DNA of 64,000 nt, taken from positions 16,696-80,695 of the forward strand of contig CAIZLD010000029.1 of assembly GCA_903933715.1 (NCBI GenBank). Direction: 5' to 3'. Numbering within the stretch: the stretch's first letter is position 1; each line of letters opens with the position of its first letter. The notes beneath the pieces are model-generated. The model searched no databases and was not told where the DNA came from. It worked only from the letters and a program-made list of their open reading frames with translations. This DNA comes from an uncultured Spartobacteria bacterium (GTDB taxonomy: Bacteria > Verrucomicrobiota > Verrucomicrobiia > Chthoniobacterales > Chthoniobacteraceae). Below, in pieces: positions 27,055 through 37,160 of this stretch. Position numbers and translations under genes: made by a program.

Positions 27055-28245
27055 TTAAAAAAACCGTTCTGGAGCCATGACCGGCTGCGGTTGGCAAATC
27101 CGGGCGACGCATTGTTCCCAGCTCTCGTGGCCGGTCAGGATTTCGATCTCCACGCGCAGGAAATAGATCGGCAATTCCAAATCCTTCAACTTGGGAAACC
27201 GGACACAATCTTTCTCGGTCGTCAGGATCGCGTCGAGATCGCGATTCACGCACCGCCGGATAAATCCCGCGATGTCTTTTTCCGAGAACCGATGGTGATC
27301 GGCGAAGTGTCTCGAAAGCTCAATTTTCGCCCCCAGCTTGCGCAAGCCGTCCTCAAAGCTCTCGGGCCGGGCGATGGCGGAAAGCGCGCCGATATACCGC
27401 CCTTTCAAAAATGAAAGCGGCACTATTTCACCGGTGAAAACATTCTGCAAATATTGCGGGCTGTGCGTGCATTCTATAATCTCCGCCGTCCGGTTGTACA
27501 GGCGGATGCGCTCGATCAAGGCAGCGTTGCTCACGCCCGGCACGCATTTGGTGATGAAGATGTAGGAGGCGCGGCGGAGGTTGGCGTGCGGCTCGCGCAA
27601 GGTGCCGCGCGGGAGCATAAACTCATTGCCGAACGGAGCCTGGCAATCGACCAACACCACGTCGAGGCGATGTTTGAGCCGCAGGTATTGCAAGCCGTCG
27701 TCCAGGAGCAGCGTATCGCAACCCATTTTTTCGATGGCGTAGACGCCGCTCTTGACCCGGTCCTTGTCCACCAAAACGATCACGTTTTTGAGATTATTGG
27801 CGAGCATGTACGGCTCGTCCCCGGCAATCCGGGAATTGAGCAGCAGCTTTTTGCCATCCGAAACGATCCGGGGCACAAACTCGTTTTCCGAGCCGAAGCG
27901 GTTGACGAGGCGTTTTAAAAGCGGCGGTGCCTTGCTTTTGTAACCCCGGCTCAGGATCGCCACATTGCGGCCGCCCGCCTGCAACGCGCGGGCAAACTTC
28001 TCCACGACGGGCGTTTTACCGGTTCCCCCCACCGTCAGATTGCCAATGGAAATCACGAGGCAGCCGAGCGCCCGCTCGCGCATCACCCGCTTGCGGTAAA
28101 GCCACAGGCGCAGTTGCACGATTTGCCGATACAGGCGCGAAAGCAGCCAGAGAAAGCCGCGCAACAGGGCGGCGCGCTTGCCAAAGCGTTCCCCGAGGAT
28201 GACCTCGATGGCAAATTGTTCAAACTCTTCAAGCCAGCGGCGCAC
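27055..28245 (-). CDS. lpxK: Tetraacyldisaccharide 4'-kinase (lipid A biosynthesis)
   Basis: P-loop [29 protein letters not shown], and a length of about 396 aa. Confidence 0.9.
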   Translation of the reverse strand: MRRWLEEFEQFAIEVILGERFGKRAALLRGFLWLLSRLYRQIVQLRLWLYRKRVMRERALGCLVISIGNLTVGGTGKTPVVEKFARALQAGGRNVAILSRGYKSKAPPLLKRLVNRFGSENEFVPRIVSDGKKLLLNSRIAGDEPYMLANNLKNVIVLVDKDRVKSGVYAIEKMGCDTLLLDDGLQYLRLKHRLDVVLVDCQAPFGNEFMLPRGTLREPHANLRRASYIFITKCVPGVSNAALIERIRLYNRTAEIIECTHSPQYLQNVFTGEIVPLSFLKGRYIGALSAIARPESFEDGLRKLGAKIELSRHFADHHRFSEKDIAGFIRRCVNRDLDAILTTEKDCVRFPKLKDLELPIYFLRVEIEILTGHESWEQCVARICQPQPVMAPERFF

Positions 28246-28251
28246 GTTGGG

Positions 28252-29097
28252 CTATCCTTTGACGATTTTGACGCCGTTTTTGTCGGCGCTCGTTACCACG
28301 GTGCGGGCTTTGATGTTCCCGGCGGCCGTGAGCATGGCGGCGGCAATCTTTTCGGGATGCTCCAACGTGACGCAAGCAATCGTTGATCCCGAACCGCTGA
28401 GGAATCCGCCCAATGCCCCGGCCTCTTCGCCCGCCCGGATCACGTCGGGCAAAAACGGGATGAGCGGTTGGCGGAACGGCTGGTGGAGGTAATCGTCGAA
28501 TGCTCCCCGGAGCGCTTCGTATTGACCGCAGGCAAACGCGGCGGTGATGCGGGCGGCATTGCCTGCGCAGGTGACGGCCAGCTCGTGTTGCAGATCGAGC
28601 GGCAAAACCTTGCGGGCGGCGGGCGTGGAAACTTCAAAATCCGGGATCAGGAGAACGAACGACAAATCCGGGGAAACTTCAAACGAGAGGCATCCATCCG
28701 CGCTCGCCACGGTGAAACCGCCAAACTCCGCGGGGGCGGCATTGTCGGGATGTCCCTCCAGCTCACTGCACAAAAGGAAAAGCTCCTCGCGTTCCAGCGG
28801 GCCTCCCGCCAATTCATTGAGCCCATGGAGAATCCCAAGCCGGACGGTCACGCTGCTGCCCAGCCCCCGGGATTGGGGAACATCGCCCGTGATCGACCAG
28901 CCGAACCCGAACGGTTTGACCCCGGCGGTTTCAAAAAAACGGGCGGCGGCTTTGACCGCCATCGGAGGGAGCTTGGCGGCCGATGGCCCCCGGCGCACGG
29001 TGACGCGGTTATAGATCCGCAACGCCACTCCCAAGCAATCATAACCGGGCCCGAGGTTGGCGGTGGTGGCGGGAACGCGCAGGGTGATGGAGTTCAT
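28252..29097 (-). CDS. thrB: Homoserine kinase
   Basis: Start trimmed to ATG 29097. VPATTANLGPGYDCLGVAL, GLGSSVT, EGHPDNAAPAEFGG, HQPFR, and GGFLSGSGSTI (GHMP kinase, ThrB signatures). Confidence 0.85.
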   Translation of the reverse strand: MNSITLRVPATTANLGPGYDCLGVALRIYNRVTVRRGPSAAKLPPMAVKAAARFFETAGVKPFGFGWSITGDVPQSRGLGSSVTVRLGILHGLNELAGGPLEREELFLLCSELEGHPDNAAPAEFGGFTVASADGCLSFEVSPDLSFVLLIPDFEVSTPAARKVLPLDLQHELAVTCAGNAARITAAFACGQYEALRGAFDDYLHQPFRQPLIPFLPDVIRAGEEAGALGGFLSGSGSTIACVTLEHPEKIAAAMLTAAGNIKARTVVTSADKNGVKIVKG

Positions 29098-29208
29098 AGT
29101 GTGTCCCTTAGAAGAGAAATCAAAACGGGCGCGCAGGAAAGCAGGAAGTGATGGCAATTCGCTTTTGATGCGAGGTTTCCTTCACCGCGCTCGCTCGTTT
29201 TTCCACCG

Positions 29209-30840
29209 TCAGATCCTCTTGGGATCCCGTCCATCCATCGCCTCGGCGATCCCCTGGCGCAAGGTTTCAAACGTGAACGGCTTGGAGATGATGGTGTCGA
29301 TTTCCAGCCGCAGGGAGGCGCCTTGCGGCAGAGATGCCCCGAAACCGGTCAAAAGCGCAATGCGAATTTCGGGATCGCGAGCCCGGATTTCCGCAGCCAG
29401 CAGATCGCCGTTCATCTTGGGCATCGAATAATCGGTCAAGAGAAGATCAAAACGCCCGGGAGTAAAATGCTCCAGCGCCTCGGTGCCGTCAGACGCCAGT
29501 TCGACTTGATGGCCGTCTTCGGCAAGGTAAACCGCAAGCACTTCCCGAATGTTCGGCTCGTCCTCCACCACAAAGATCCGCAGGCCGGTCATTGTTTTGG
29601 ACAGGACCGGTTTTTCCAGGCTGGAAACCGGGAATTGCACGGTGACTTTGGTTCCCTCCCCCTCCCTGCTCTCGATCTTGATCCCGGCCTTGTGACGCTG
29701 GGCGATGCCGTGGACGACTCCCAGTCCCAGCCCGATCCCGGTATGGTTTTTAGTGGTAAAAAACGGTTCCAGGCAACGGCTCAATACTTCCGGGTTCATC
29801 CCCACCCCGTTATCGGCGATCGACGCGGCCACTCCCCCATCGACAGAATAAATGCTCGCCCGGATCGTGCCGTTTTTCGGAATGGCGTCCACGGCGTTGA
29901 GGATCAAATCGGTGAACATCTGCCGGAGTTCATTGCGGACCCCGTCGATCTTGGGCGCATCGCTGAACTCGGTCTGGAAGGTGACTTCGCAGCCTCTCGA
30001 CTGGGCCTGGTCTTTCCAATACATCTGCGTCAAACAGATGGCTTCCATGAGCACTTCGTTGAGCTCGATCGGCTCCATCGAGCCCGTTTCCCCCCCCGAG
30101 TGATAAAAGCCGCGCAGCCGCATCACGATTTCAGAGCAATATTCCGCCGACTCGTTGATTTTGCAGAGCGCTTTCCTGAGCTTGGCGTTATCAGCCATGT
30201 CCTCCGGTTTTCTTAAGAACCACTCGCTGTGGGCAAGGATCGGGGAAAGGGCATTGTTAAAGTCGTGGGCGATCCCGCTGGCCATACGTTCCATGGCGTT
30301 GAGGCGCTCTTGCTGGATGCGTTGGGCTTGGGCGGCGCTCGATTCATCCAGCGCCTTTGAGAGCTGCTGGTTGGATAAAGACAATGCCTGCGTGCGTTCG
30401 GCCACTCTCTTTTCCAGTTCGTCGCGGACCGATTTGAGCGCCAATTCGCCCCGCTTTCTCTCCATGGCAAAATAAATAGTCCGGGCGAGCCTTTTTTCCG
30501 TCAGATCGGTCTTTAGCAGGTAATCCTGCGCGCCTTGGCGGACGAATTCGAGCGCCAGGTCTTCATCGTCCAGCGCGCTCAAGATGATGACCGGCAGGTG
30601 CGGCATCGCTTCCGAAAATTGGGTGAATGTTTCCAATCCGCTTGAATCGGGCAATCCGAGCAATACCAAATCCACCGCCATCCCTTTTTCCATCTCCGCC
30701 ACAGCCTCACTCAAACGCGAGAACACGCCGCTCAAGATCATTTGGCCGCCCCCTTCTCCCAGCATTTCCGCCACGAGCCTTTGGTCCGGTAGATGATCTT
30801 CCACTAGAAAAACGCGCACAAATTTGGGCGGGGGTCTCAC
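29209..30840 (-). CDS. Hybrid histidine kinase: degenerate REC, coiled coil, HisKA, HATPase_c, REC
   Basis: GTG start at 30840. H-box MASGIAHDFNNAL, N/G boxes (LILNAVDA, DNGVGM, GIGLGLGVV), and a C-terminal receiver with DLLLTDYSMPKMNG. The N-terminal receiver lacks the acceptor Asp (see findings). Confidence 0.85.
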   Translation of the reverse strand: MRPPPKFVRVFLVEDHLPDQRLVAEMLGEGGGQMILSGVFSRLSEAVAEMEKGMAVDLVLLGLPDSSGLETFTQFSEAMPHLPVIILSALDDEDLALEFVRQGAQDYLLKTDLTEKRLARTIYFAMERKRGELALKSVRDELEKRVAERTQALSLSNQQLSKALDESSAAQAQRIQQERLNAMERMASGIAHDFNNALSPILAHSEWFLRKPEDMADNAKLRKALCKINESAEYCSEIVMRLRGFYHSGGETGSMEPIELNEVLMEAICLTQMYWKDQAQSRGCEVTFQTEFSDAPKIDGVRNELRQMFTDLILNAVDAIPKNGTIRASIYSVDGGVAASIADNGVGMNPEVLSRCLEPFFTTKNHTGIGLGLGVVHGIAQRHKAGIKIESREGEGTKVTVQFPVSSLEKPVLSKTMTGLRIFVVEDEPNIREVLAVYLAEDGHQVELASDGTEALEHFTPGRFDLLLTDYSMPKMNGDLLAAEIRARDPEIRIALLTGFGASLPQGASLRLEIDTIISKPFTFETLRQGIAEAMDGRDPKRI

Positions 30841-30849
30841 AACCCAGCG

Positions 30850-32481
30850 TTATAACACATGAATGTTTTTAATTTCCACACCAATTAAACAAACATCATC
30901 GGTAAAATTATGGTTGATCGCAAAATCACGCACCTCGTTGATCGTTTCGTCTATTAACTTTTCTGAGGAGTTTACAAGCCCCTTGCGTAATACCTCCTGC
31001 AACATCTCTTGATTGAAATAAGTCTCGTGCTCGCCTTCCACTTCACAAAGGCCGTCGGTGAACAAAATCAATAAATCCCGCTCTGCAATGGGGCGAATGT
31101 GGGTCTCAAAATGGGCGTCTTTAAAGACCCCCAAGGCGGGACCGGGACGCTCCGAAGGAGCGCAGATCGGGCCGATTTCCCCGGTTTCACGGCTGATGTG
31201 GATCGGCCATGGATGCCCCGCGTTGGAATAGCGCACGCACTTCTCCCGAAGGTCCACAACCATGGCGAACGCTGAGGCAAACATCGGGGTGCGGGCGCGG
31301 CGCAAAATTGAGAGCAGGGCGCGATTGATCTCCGTCAGGAAACGCCCGGGATCTTGCGCCGCGGGCAGCATCTCCTCCACCAAGGCTCGCTGGATCGCCG
31401 TGACGAGCGCCGCCCGGACGCCGTGCCCCATCACGTCACAGATGAACACCCCGGCCTCCGTATCCGAGAGCGGAATGATGTGAAAAAAGTCGCCCCCGAC
31501 GGCGGTGGTGGGAATATAGCGGCTGAAAAACTGGATCGCGCTTTCTTCCACCGAAGCGTTGCGCGGAAACGTGGGGAACTGTTGAGGCAAAAAAGCCTGC
31601 TGGATTTCGCGCGCCATGTGGAGATCGTCTTCCAATTCCGTATTGCGCTGGCGGATTTCGGCATTGTAGCGGAAAATTTGCTCCTCGGCGGCCTTGCGCT
31701 CGGTAATGTCGCGCCCGATCCCGATCACCCCCACGACCTCCCCTGCCCGGTTCCGCAACGGAACCTTGGTGGTCGAAATCCAGCGCACGGCGGAGGAATT
31801 CGAGACGACGACCTCCTCCCGGTTCAGAATCGGCTGCCCCGTTCGGCAAACGACCGCGTCGTCCTCCTGGAATTTCGTGGCGATCGGATTAGGGAAAAAA
31901 TCGAACACGCTTTTTCCCACGACTTGTTCGGGCAAATCGACCGAAAGCGTGCGGCGGTGGGCGATGTTATCCAAAAGATAACGGCCGTTCACGTCTTTGA
32001 CGTAGATGGAATCCAGCAGATTGTCGATCACGTTGCGCAACAGGTTGCGCTCTTCCTCCAAAGCATGCTCGGCAGCCAACCGCTCCATGGCGTAGCGGAT
32101 CGAACGGGCCAAACTGCGGGGGTCCACCTGCCCCTTGACCAGATAATCCTGCGCCCCTTCCTTCACGGTCTGAAGCGCAAGCGACTCGTCATCAAGCCCG
32201 CTGAGAACAATCAGCGGGAGCATCGGGGCATGATTGACCATCCGATGAAACGTATCGATCCCCTGGCTGTCAGGGAGGGAGAGATCCAGTAAAATAAGTT
32301 GGAAATCCCCCCCGGCAAGTTTTTCCATGGCCTCGGAAAGGCGGGTGGTCACGACGGTTTCGAACCGCCCGCTTTTGGCATCAATCAACAACTCCTGAAT
32401 CAAACGGGCGTCTCCCGGGTTGTCTTCCACCAGAAGCACCCGGATAGCCGGTTCTGCCGTCGTTGGTTGCGTCCCTGGCAT
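30850..32481 (-). CDS. Response regulator with PAS and PP2C/SpoIIE phosphatase output (RsbU/RsbP-like)
   Basis: REC (VLLVEDNPGD ... LILLDLSLPDSQG ... DYLVKG), PAS (NVIDNLLDSIYVKD ... GIGRDITERK), and SpoIIE (GGDFFHI ... CDVMGHGVRAAL ... LFTDGL). Confidence 0.88.
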   Translation of the reverse strand: MPGTQPTTAEPAIRVLLVEDNPGDARLIQELLIDAKSGRFETVVTTRLSEAMEKLAGGDFQLILLDLSLPDSQGIDTFHRMVNHAPMLPLIVLSGLDDESLALQTVKEGAQDYLVKGQVDPRSLARSIRYAMERLAAEHALEEERNLLRNVIDNLLDSIYVKDVNGRYLLDNIAHRRTLSVDLPEQVVGKSVFDFFPNPIATKFQEDDAVVCRTGQPILNREEVVVSNSSAVRWISTTKVPLRNRAGEVVGVIGIGRDITERKAAEEQIFRYNAEIRQRNTELEDDLHMAREIQQAFLPQQFPTFPRNASVEESAIQFFSRYIPTTAVGGDFFHIIPLSDTEAGVFICDVMGHGVRAALVTAIQRALVEEMLPAAQDPGRFLTEINRALLSILRRARTPMFASAFAMVVDLREKCVRYSNAGHPWPIHISRETGEIGPICAPSERPGPALGVFKDAHFETHIRPIAERDLLILFTDGLCEVEGEHETYFNQEMLQEVLRKGLVNSSEKLIDETINEVRDFAINHNFTDDVCLIGVEIKNIHVL

Positions 32482-32543
32482 GCTCTATTCTCCTTTGAAT
32501 CGACGCCGGGTGCAAACAAGAATGCCTCCCATTGCTGATCCGC

Positions 32544-35150
32544 TTACCCTGCCTCTTGCGTCTCCGGTAGTGTAAAATGGAATGCGGCTCCCTTGCCGAC
32601 TTCGGATTCCACCCAAATGCGCCCACCGTGGCGCTCCACAATCCGTTTACAGATCGCCAGTCCAATCCCCGTCCCGGCGTATTCCTGTCGGGTGTGCAGT
32701 CGCTGAAAAATGACGAAAACCCGCTCAAAATCTTTCGGATCGATCCCCAGGCCATTGTCCTTCACCACAAATTCCCAATTCCCATCCAAAAGGGTGGCGC
32801 CAATCTCGATCCGGACCGGCTGCGGTCCCCGGAATTTGAGGGCGTTGCCGATCAGGTTTTGAAAAAGCTGACCGAGCTGAACCGGGTCGGCATCAAGCTC
32901 CGGCAATTCGCCCAAGACGATTTCCCCCTTATTTTCCTCAATCGCAAACCGCAGGTTATCCAAGGCCCGCTGCACGATATCCGCGACTTTGAGCCGCTCG
33001 AACGGCCGTCCATGGGTTCCGACGCGGGAGTATTGAAGCAAATCCTGAATAAATTGTTGCATCCGTTGCGCACCTTCCACGGCATAATCAATGAACTCCT
33101 GGGCGTTGGCGTCGAGCGAATCCCGGTAACGGCGCGAAAGCAGTTGAGTGTAGCTGGCCACCATCCGGAGCGGCTCTTGCAAATCGTGGGAAACCATGTA
33201 GGCGAATTGTTCGAGCTCCTGGTTGGAACGGTGCAACTCTGCGAGCACCCGGTCTAGCGCCGCCTGGGCTTCCACGCGCTCGGTCACATCGGTCGAGACG
33301 CCCACAAAATGGATGAGGCGGCCCGAAGCGTCGCGGACGGGGGTGATTTTGATTTCGTTCCAAAACAGAGTTCCGTCTTTTCGATAGTTCCGGATCACCG
33401 CCTGGCATTCCTGTTGATGAACCACCCCATCGTGGAGCATGGCAACGACCTCCGGCTCGCTCTCCGGCCCCTGTAAAATCCGGCAATTGCGCCCGATCAC
33501 CTCCTCCTTGGAGTAACCGGTGATCCGCTCAAAGGCAGGGTTCACATCGACGACCGGGTTATCGGGCTGGGTCGGGTCTGTGATGATGACGGCGCTTACG
33601 ACGGCGGCAATGGCCCGGTCGCGTAAGATCAGCGTCTCCTGGATTTCCTTCAGATTAGTAATATCGGTGCGCAGGGAGACGATGCCGCCATCGCGCGTCC
33701 GGTGATCGCTTACGCGCAACCAGCGTCCGTTGATCCGCTGATCGAAGGGATGGTGGTCGGCCTTCCGGTACGTCGCCATTCGCTTTTGAATCCACGCTTC
33801 CATATCCTCAACTCCATCCACATGCCCTCCCCGGCGCATGAACTCGCGCAATATTTCTTCCAGCGAAACACCCGGTATAATGATATCTGCGCACCGTTCA
33901 AACATGGTCCGGAAAGTCTGGTTGCAGATCACGAGGCGTTCGTCGGGGCCGAACATTACAAAACCGGCATTGATGTTTTCAATGGCATCGACCAGCCGCT
34001 CGCGGGCCAGACGGAGTTCCTCGGTGCGGTGCTGCACCCTGGTTTCTAAATCATCATAGGCGTGACGCAGTTTTTCCTGTGCCTGGTTGAGCTCGTCAAT
34101 CCGGCGCGAGAGCGTTTCGGCCATTTGATTGAAAGCCTCCCCAATCTCTCCAAATTCTCCTCCCTCCAGCTTGCTGCGGACATCCAATCTCCCGGCGCTA
34201 AGTCCCCTCGCCACGCTGGCGAGGTGCCGGGCCGGGCGCACAATGCTGTTCCGGGCCAGCATCCAAGCCGCCACCGTTCCAAACAACGCGATCCCCAGCA
34301 TCAGTCCCAGCTGTTCGTAGAGCCGCTTTTGAAACGGAGCATACGCCTCCTTTTTGGAAATCCCGACCAACACCGAGAGATTGCCAATTCCCGGGGCTTT
34401 GAGCCGGGTCATCCCATAAATCCGCTCCACCCCATCCGCTCCGACCGCTTCCATCGATCCGGCATTTTCGGCAGAACGGAATTTTTCCGCGATCGGCATT
34501 TTTTTCCCTACCCATTTTTCCGGGTCCGGATAGCGCATCAAAAAAGCGTCATGCTCGTCAACCATCGCAATCGAACTGCCGGGGGGTAATTTGACGCGTG
34601 TCCCGAAATCGCTGACAGTCCTCAGATCAAGCCCTACATAAACCACGCCGGTGATGTTCCCGTTTGGGTCAATCATTGGCAATGCCAGATGAAAGCTGGG
34701 CTTTTTGGAGATTCGCCCAATGATAAATTCGCCGACTGTAAATGCCTTCGTCTGGACCGCTCGCTGAAAGAAGGCGCGATCCGAAAGATTGGTTGGTTCG
34801 GTGACGGGGGGAGCGGACGCAATGACATTCCCCTGGGCATCCAGGGTTGCGACAATCGAGAAGAGCGGGTTTTGCTTGAGCATCTGCTCAAAGAGCGGCT
34901 CCGATTCGCTTCTCGATTGCGCTTTGACGCTGTCGAGTTGCGCCATCACGGTCAGCAATTGGCGGACGGAATCAATGAGCATCTCCTGGGTATTCGAGAA
35001 CACCCCCGCCAGACGCAAAGCCTCGGCCTTGGTATTTTCTTTGGCCCTCGCGATCTGTTCGCTGGCCGTATTGATTTCCATCACGACCAGCGGCAGGAAT
35101 GCCAATCCCATCAAGACCATCAGTTTGATCCGTAAGCTGGATGACCTCAC
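32544..35150 (-). CDS. Membrane sensor histidine kinase: Cache-like periplasmic domain, HAMP, PAS, LOV, HisKA, HATPase_c
   Basis: TM1 (LMVLMGLAFLPLVV), an approximately 250-aa extracytoplasmic domain, TM2 (LGLMLGIALFGTVAAWML), HAMP, PAS, LOV (NPAFERITGYSKEEVIGRNCRILQGP...RKDGTLFWNEIKITPV), H-box (FAYMVSHDLQEPLR), and G-boxes (DNGLGI, GTGIGLAIC). The GTG start at 35150 overlaps the shc stop. The next in-frame ATG is at 35120. Confidence 0.85.
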   Translation of the reverse strand: MRSSSLRIKLMVLMGLAFLPLVVMEINTASEQIARAKENTKAEALRLAGVFSNTQEMLIDSVRQLLTVMAQLDSVKAQSRSESEPLFEQMLKQNPLFSIVATLDAQGNVIASAPPVTEPTNLSDRAFFQRAVQTKAFTVGEFIIGRISKKPSFHLALPMIDPNGNITGVVYVGLDLRTVSDFGTRVKLPPGSSIAMVDEHDAFLMRYPDPEKWVGKKMPIAEKFRSAENAGSMEAVGADGVERIYGMTRLKAPGIGNLSVLVGISKKEAYAPFQKRLYEQLGLMLGIALFGTVAAWMLARNSIVRPARHLASVARGLSAGRLDVRSKLEGGEFGEIGEAFNQMAETLSRRIDELNQAQEKLRHAYDDLETRVQHRTEELRLARERLVDAIENINAGFVMFGPDERLVICNQTFRTMFERCADIIIPGVSLEEILREFMRRGGHVDGVEDMEAWIQKRMATYRKADHHPFDQRINGRWLRVSDHRTRDGGIVSLRTDITNLKEIQETLILRDRAIAAVVSAVIITDPTQPDNPVVDVNPAFERITGYSKEEVIGRNCRILQGPESEPEVVAMLHDGVVHQQECQAVIRNYRKDGTLFWNEIKITPVRDASGRLIHFVGVSTDVTERVEAQAALDRVLAELHRSNQELEQFAYMVSHDLQEPLRMVASYTQLLSRRYRDSLDANAQEFIDYAVEGAQRMQQFIQDLLQYSRVGTHGRPFERLKVADIVQRALDNLRFAIEENKGEIVLGELPELDADPVQLGQLFQNLIGNALKFRGPQPVRIEIGATLLDGNWEFVVKDNGLGIDPKDFERVFVIFQRLHTRQEYAGTGIGLAICKRIVERHGGRIWVESEVGKGAAFHFTLPETQEAG

Positions 35151-37135
35151 ATCGGGAGTTTACTCCGTTGGCCCTTTATTGCACGCGCATTTGCATTGAC
35201 AAGGAATGATGCCGCCTTGGGGGAATTCCCGTTGGCGTAGGTGGCCAGAGCCAGCAGCGGAAAATTATTCCGGTACATGTCGTAGTTGAGATAAAAGACC
35301 CGCGGGAAGCCGGTGCCGGTGGTCTGGGGTTCGCTCCAGCTTCCATCCCGGTTCTGCTTTTGCAGGAGCCACTGAACGCCGCGCCGGATGGATGGCCGCC
35401 GTGAATCCCCCCACGCGCACAGCCCCATCACTGCCCAGGCTGTTTGAGATGGAGTGCTTTCCCCGCATCCTTTGAGCGACGGATCTTCGTAACTTTGCGG
35501 CGATTCCCCCCACCCCCCGTCTTGATTCTGGCAACTCTCCAGCCAGTCCCGAGCCCGCTCGATCCAGGGTTGATCCATCGGCGCTCCAACGGATCGCACC
35601 CCCCGGAGCACCTGCCAGGTGCCATAAATGTAGTTCACCCCCCAGCGTCCATACCACGAGCCGTCCGGTTCCTGGGTTCGCCGCAGATAAGCCAGAGCCC
35701 GCTCCACCGCCGGATGCCGCTGATCAAAATCCAGGTACCCGAGCAGCTCCAGCATACGGCCGGTGAGATCGCTGCACGACGGGTCGAGAATGGCGTTGTG
35801 GTCCGCAAACGGGATGCTTTCGAGCCAACGCCGGGTGACATCTTTGTCGAAGGCCGCCCAGCCGCCGTCACGGCACTGGAAGGAGAGAAGCCACGGCAGG
35901 GCGCGTTCAAAGATTTTCCGCAGTTTATCTTCGGAGGCTCCCGAACAAGGGGCAAACCGCAGCGCCATGAGCACCATCATTGTATCGTCTGTATCCGGGT
36001 AGTAATCGTTTCGGAATTCAAACGACCAGCCGCTGGCCACCGGATGCGGGTTATTGATCGCCCAGTCCCCACGGATGCAGACCTCCCGTTCGATCAACCA
36101 TTGAACCGCACGAGCCCGGGCGTCACCGCAACCGCCCCCGCTTTCCTCCAAAGCGATGAGATTGATGGCGGTGTCCCAAACCGGTGAAAGACACGGCTGG
36201 ATACGAAAATCTTCCGGGTCGTCCACGAAGAGCCCTTCGAAATCCCGCAATGCCTTGGATAAAACCGGGTGGGAAGCGTCATACCCGAGCGCCTTGAGGG
36301 CGATAATGGAATTGAGCATCGCCGGGAATACGGCGGCGAGCCCGTGGGAACCGCTGCCCATCCGTTCGGTCATCCATCGCACTGCTTCCCGCAAGGCGCG
36401 CTCGCGCAGCGGCTTAAAGCCCAGCCCGTCGAGGCGCTTGAAAAAACGATCCACCCCGAGAAAAAAATTGCGCCAGCTCACCCAAGGCCGGGCGATTTGA
36501 GGCATCAGCTCGCCGGGATCATCAATGGGAAAAAGTTCGCCGATCTGCAAGTCGGGATGCAAATGACGGGTTGGTTGCAAATGATTGAGGATCGCGAGCG
36601 GGACGATCATCGCTCGGCTCCAGGAGGACATTTGATAAAGACTGAACGGGAAGCGATCCGGGATGAGCACCATCTCGACGGGAATGGTGGGCAGGAGTTC
36701 CCATGGAAACTGACCCAGGAGCGCCAGATACAGCTTGGCGTAGGTGTTCATGCGCGGCACACCGCCCAACCGCAGGGCGACGGCACGGGCCAGTTGCATA
36801 TGAGGCGCCTGCGGCGAATCTCCCGCGAGCTTCAGCGCGAAGTAAGCCTTGACCGTCGCGTTCACCTCGTCGGGTCCGCCGTAGTAAATATTCCACCCTC
36901 CCTCCGGGGTTTGGCGCTGCCGGATATGGGCCACGCATTTCTCCTGAAGCACGGGATCGACCGTTGCCGCCCAGTGCATGTAAAGAATGTAGTCGGAACA
37001 AAGGGTGCTATCGACGATCAATTCACCCGCCCAATGCCCGTCAGGATTTTGGAGGCGCAGCAAGTTGGATTGCGCCCGGGCAATGGCTTCTTTAAGTGAG
37101 GAGTGCCGTGGGTCAGTTACGGGTTCGGTTGCCAT
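35147..37135 (-). CDS. shc: Squalene-hopene cyclase
   Basis: Start trimmed to ATG 37135 (MATEPVTD; the tracked start at 37315 would overlap hpnH by 155 nt). Repeated QW motifs (QNPDGHWAGE, QTPEGGWN, QCRDGGWAAF, QEPDGSWYGRWG, QNQDGGWGE, QNRDGSWSE) and the catalytic DxDDT motif (YYPDTDDTMMV). Confidence 0.92.
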   Translation of the reverse strand: MATEPVTDPRHSSLKEAIARAQSNLLRLQNPDGHWAGELIVDSTLCSDYILYMHWAATVDPVLQEKCVAHIRQRQTPEGGWNIYYGGPDEVNATVKAYFALKLAGDSPQAPHMQLARAVALRLGGVPRMNTYAKLYLALLGQFPWELLPTIPVEMVLIPDRFPFSLYQMSSWSRAMIVPLAILNHLQPTRHLHPDLQIGELFPIDDPGELMPQIARPWVSWRNFFLGVDRFFKRLDGLGFKPLRERALREAVRWMTERMGSGSHGLAAVFPAMLNSIIALKALGYDASHPVLSKALRDFEGLFVDDPEDFRIQPCLSPVWDTAINLIALEESGGGCGDARARAVQWLIEREVCIRGDWAINNPHPVASGWSFEFRNDYYPDTDDTMMVLMALRFAPCSGASEDKLRKIFERALPWLLSFQCRDGGWAAFDKDVTRRWLESIPFADHNAILDPSCSDLTGRMLELLGYLDFDQRHPAVERALAYLRRTQEPDGSWYGRWGVNYIYGTWQVLRGVRSVGAPMDQPWIERARDWLESCQNQDGGWGESPQSYEDPSLKGCGESTPSQTAWAVMGLCAWGDSRRPSIRRGVQWLLQKQNRDGSWSEPQTTGTGFPRVFYLNYDMYRNNFPLLALATYANGNSPKAASFLVNANARAIKGQRSKLPM

Positions 37136-37160
37136 TGCGTTTGAATTGAATCGCGGAAGC

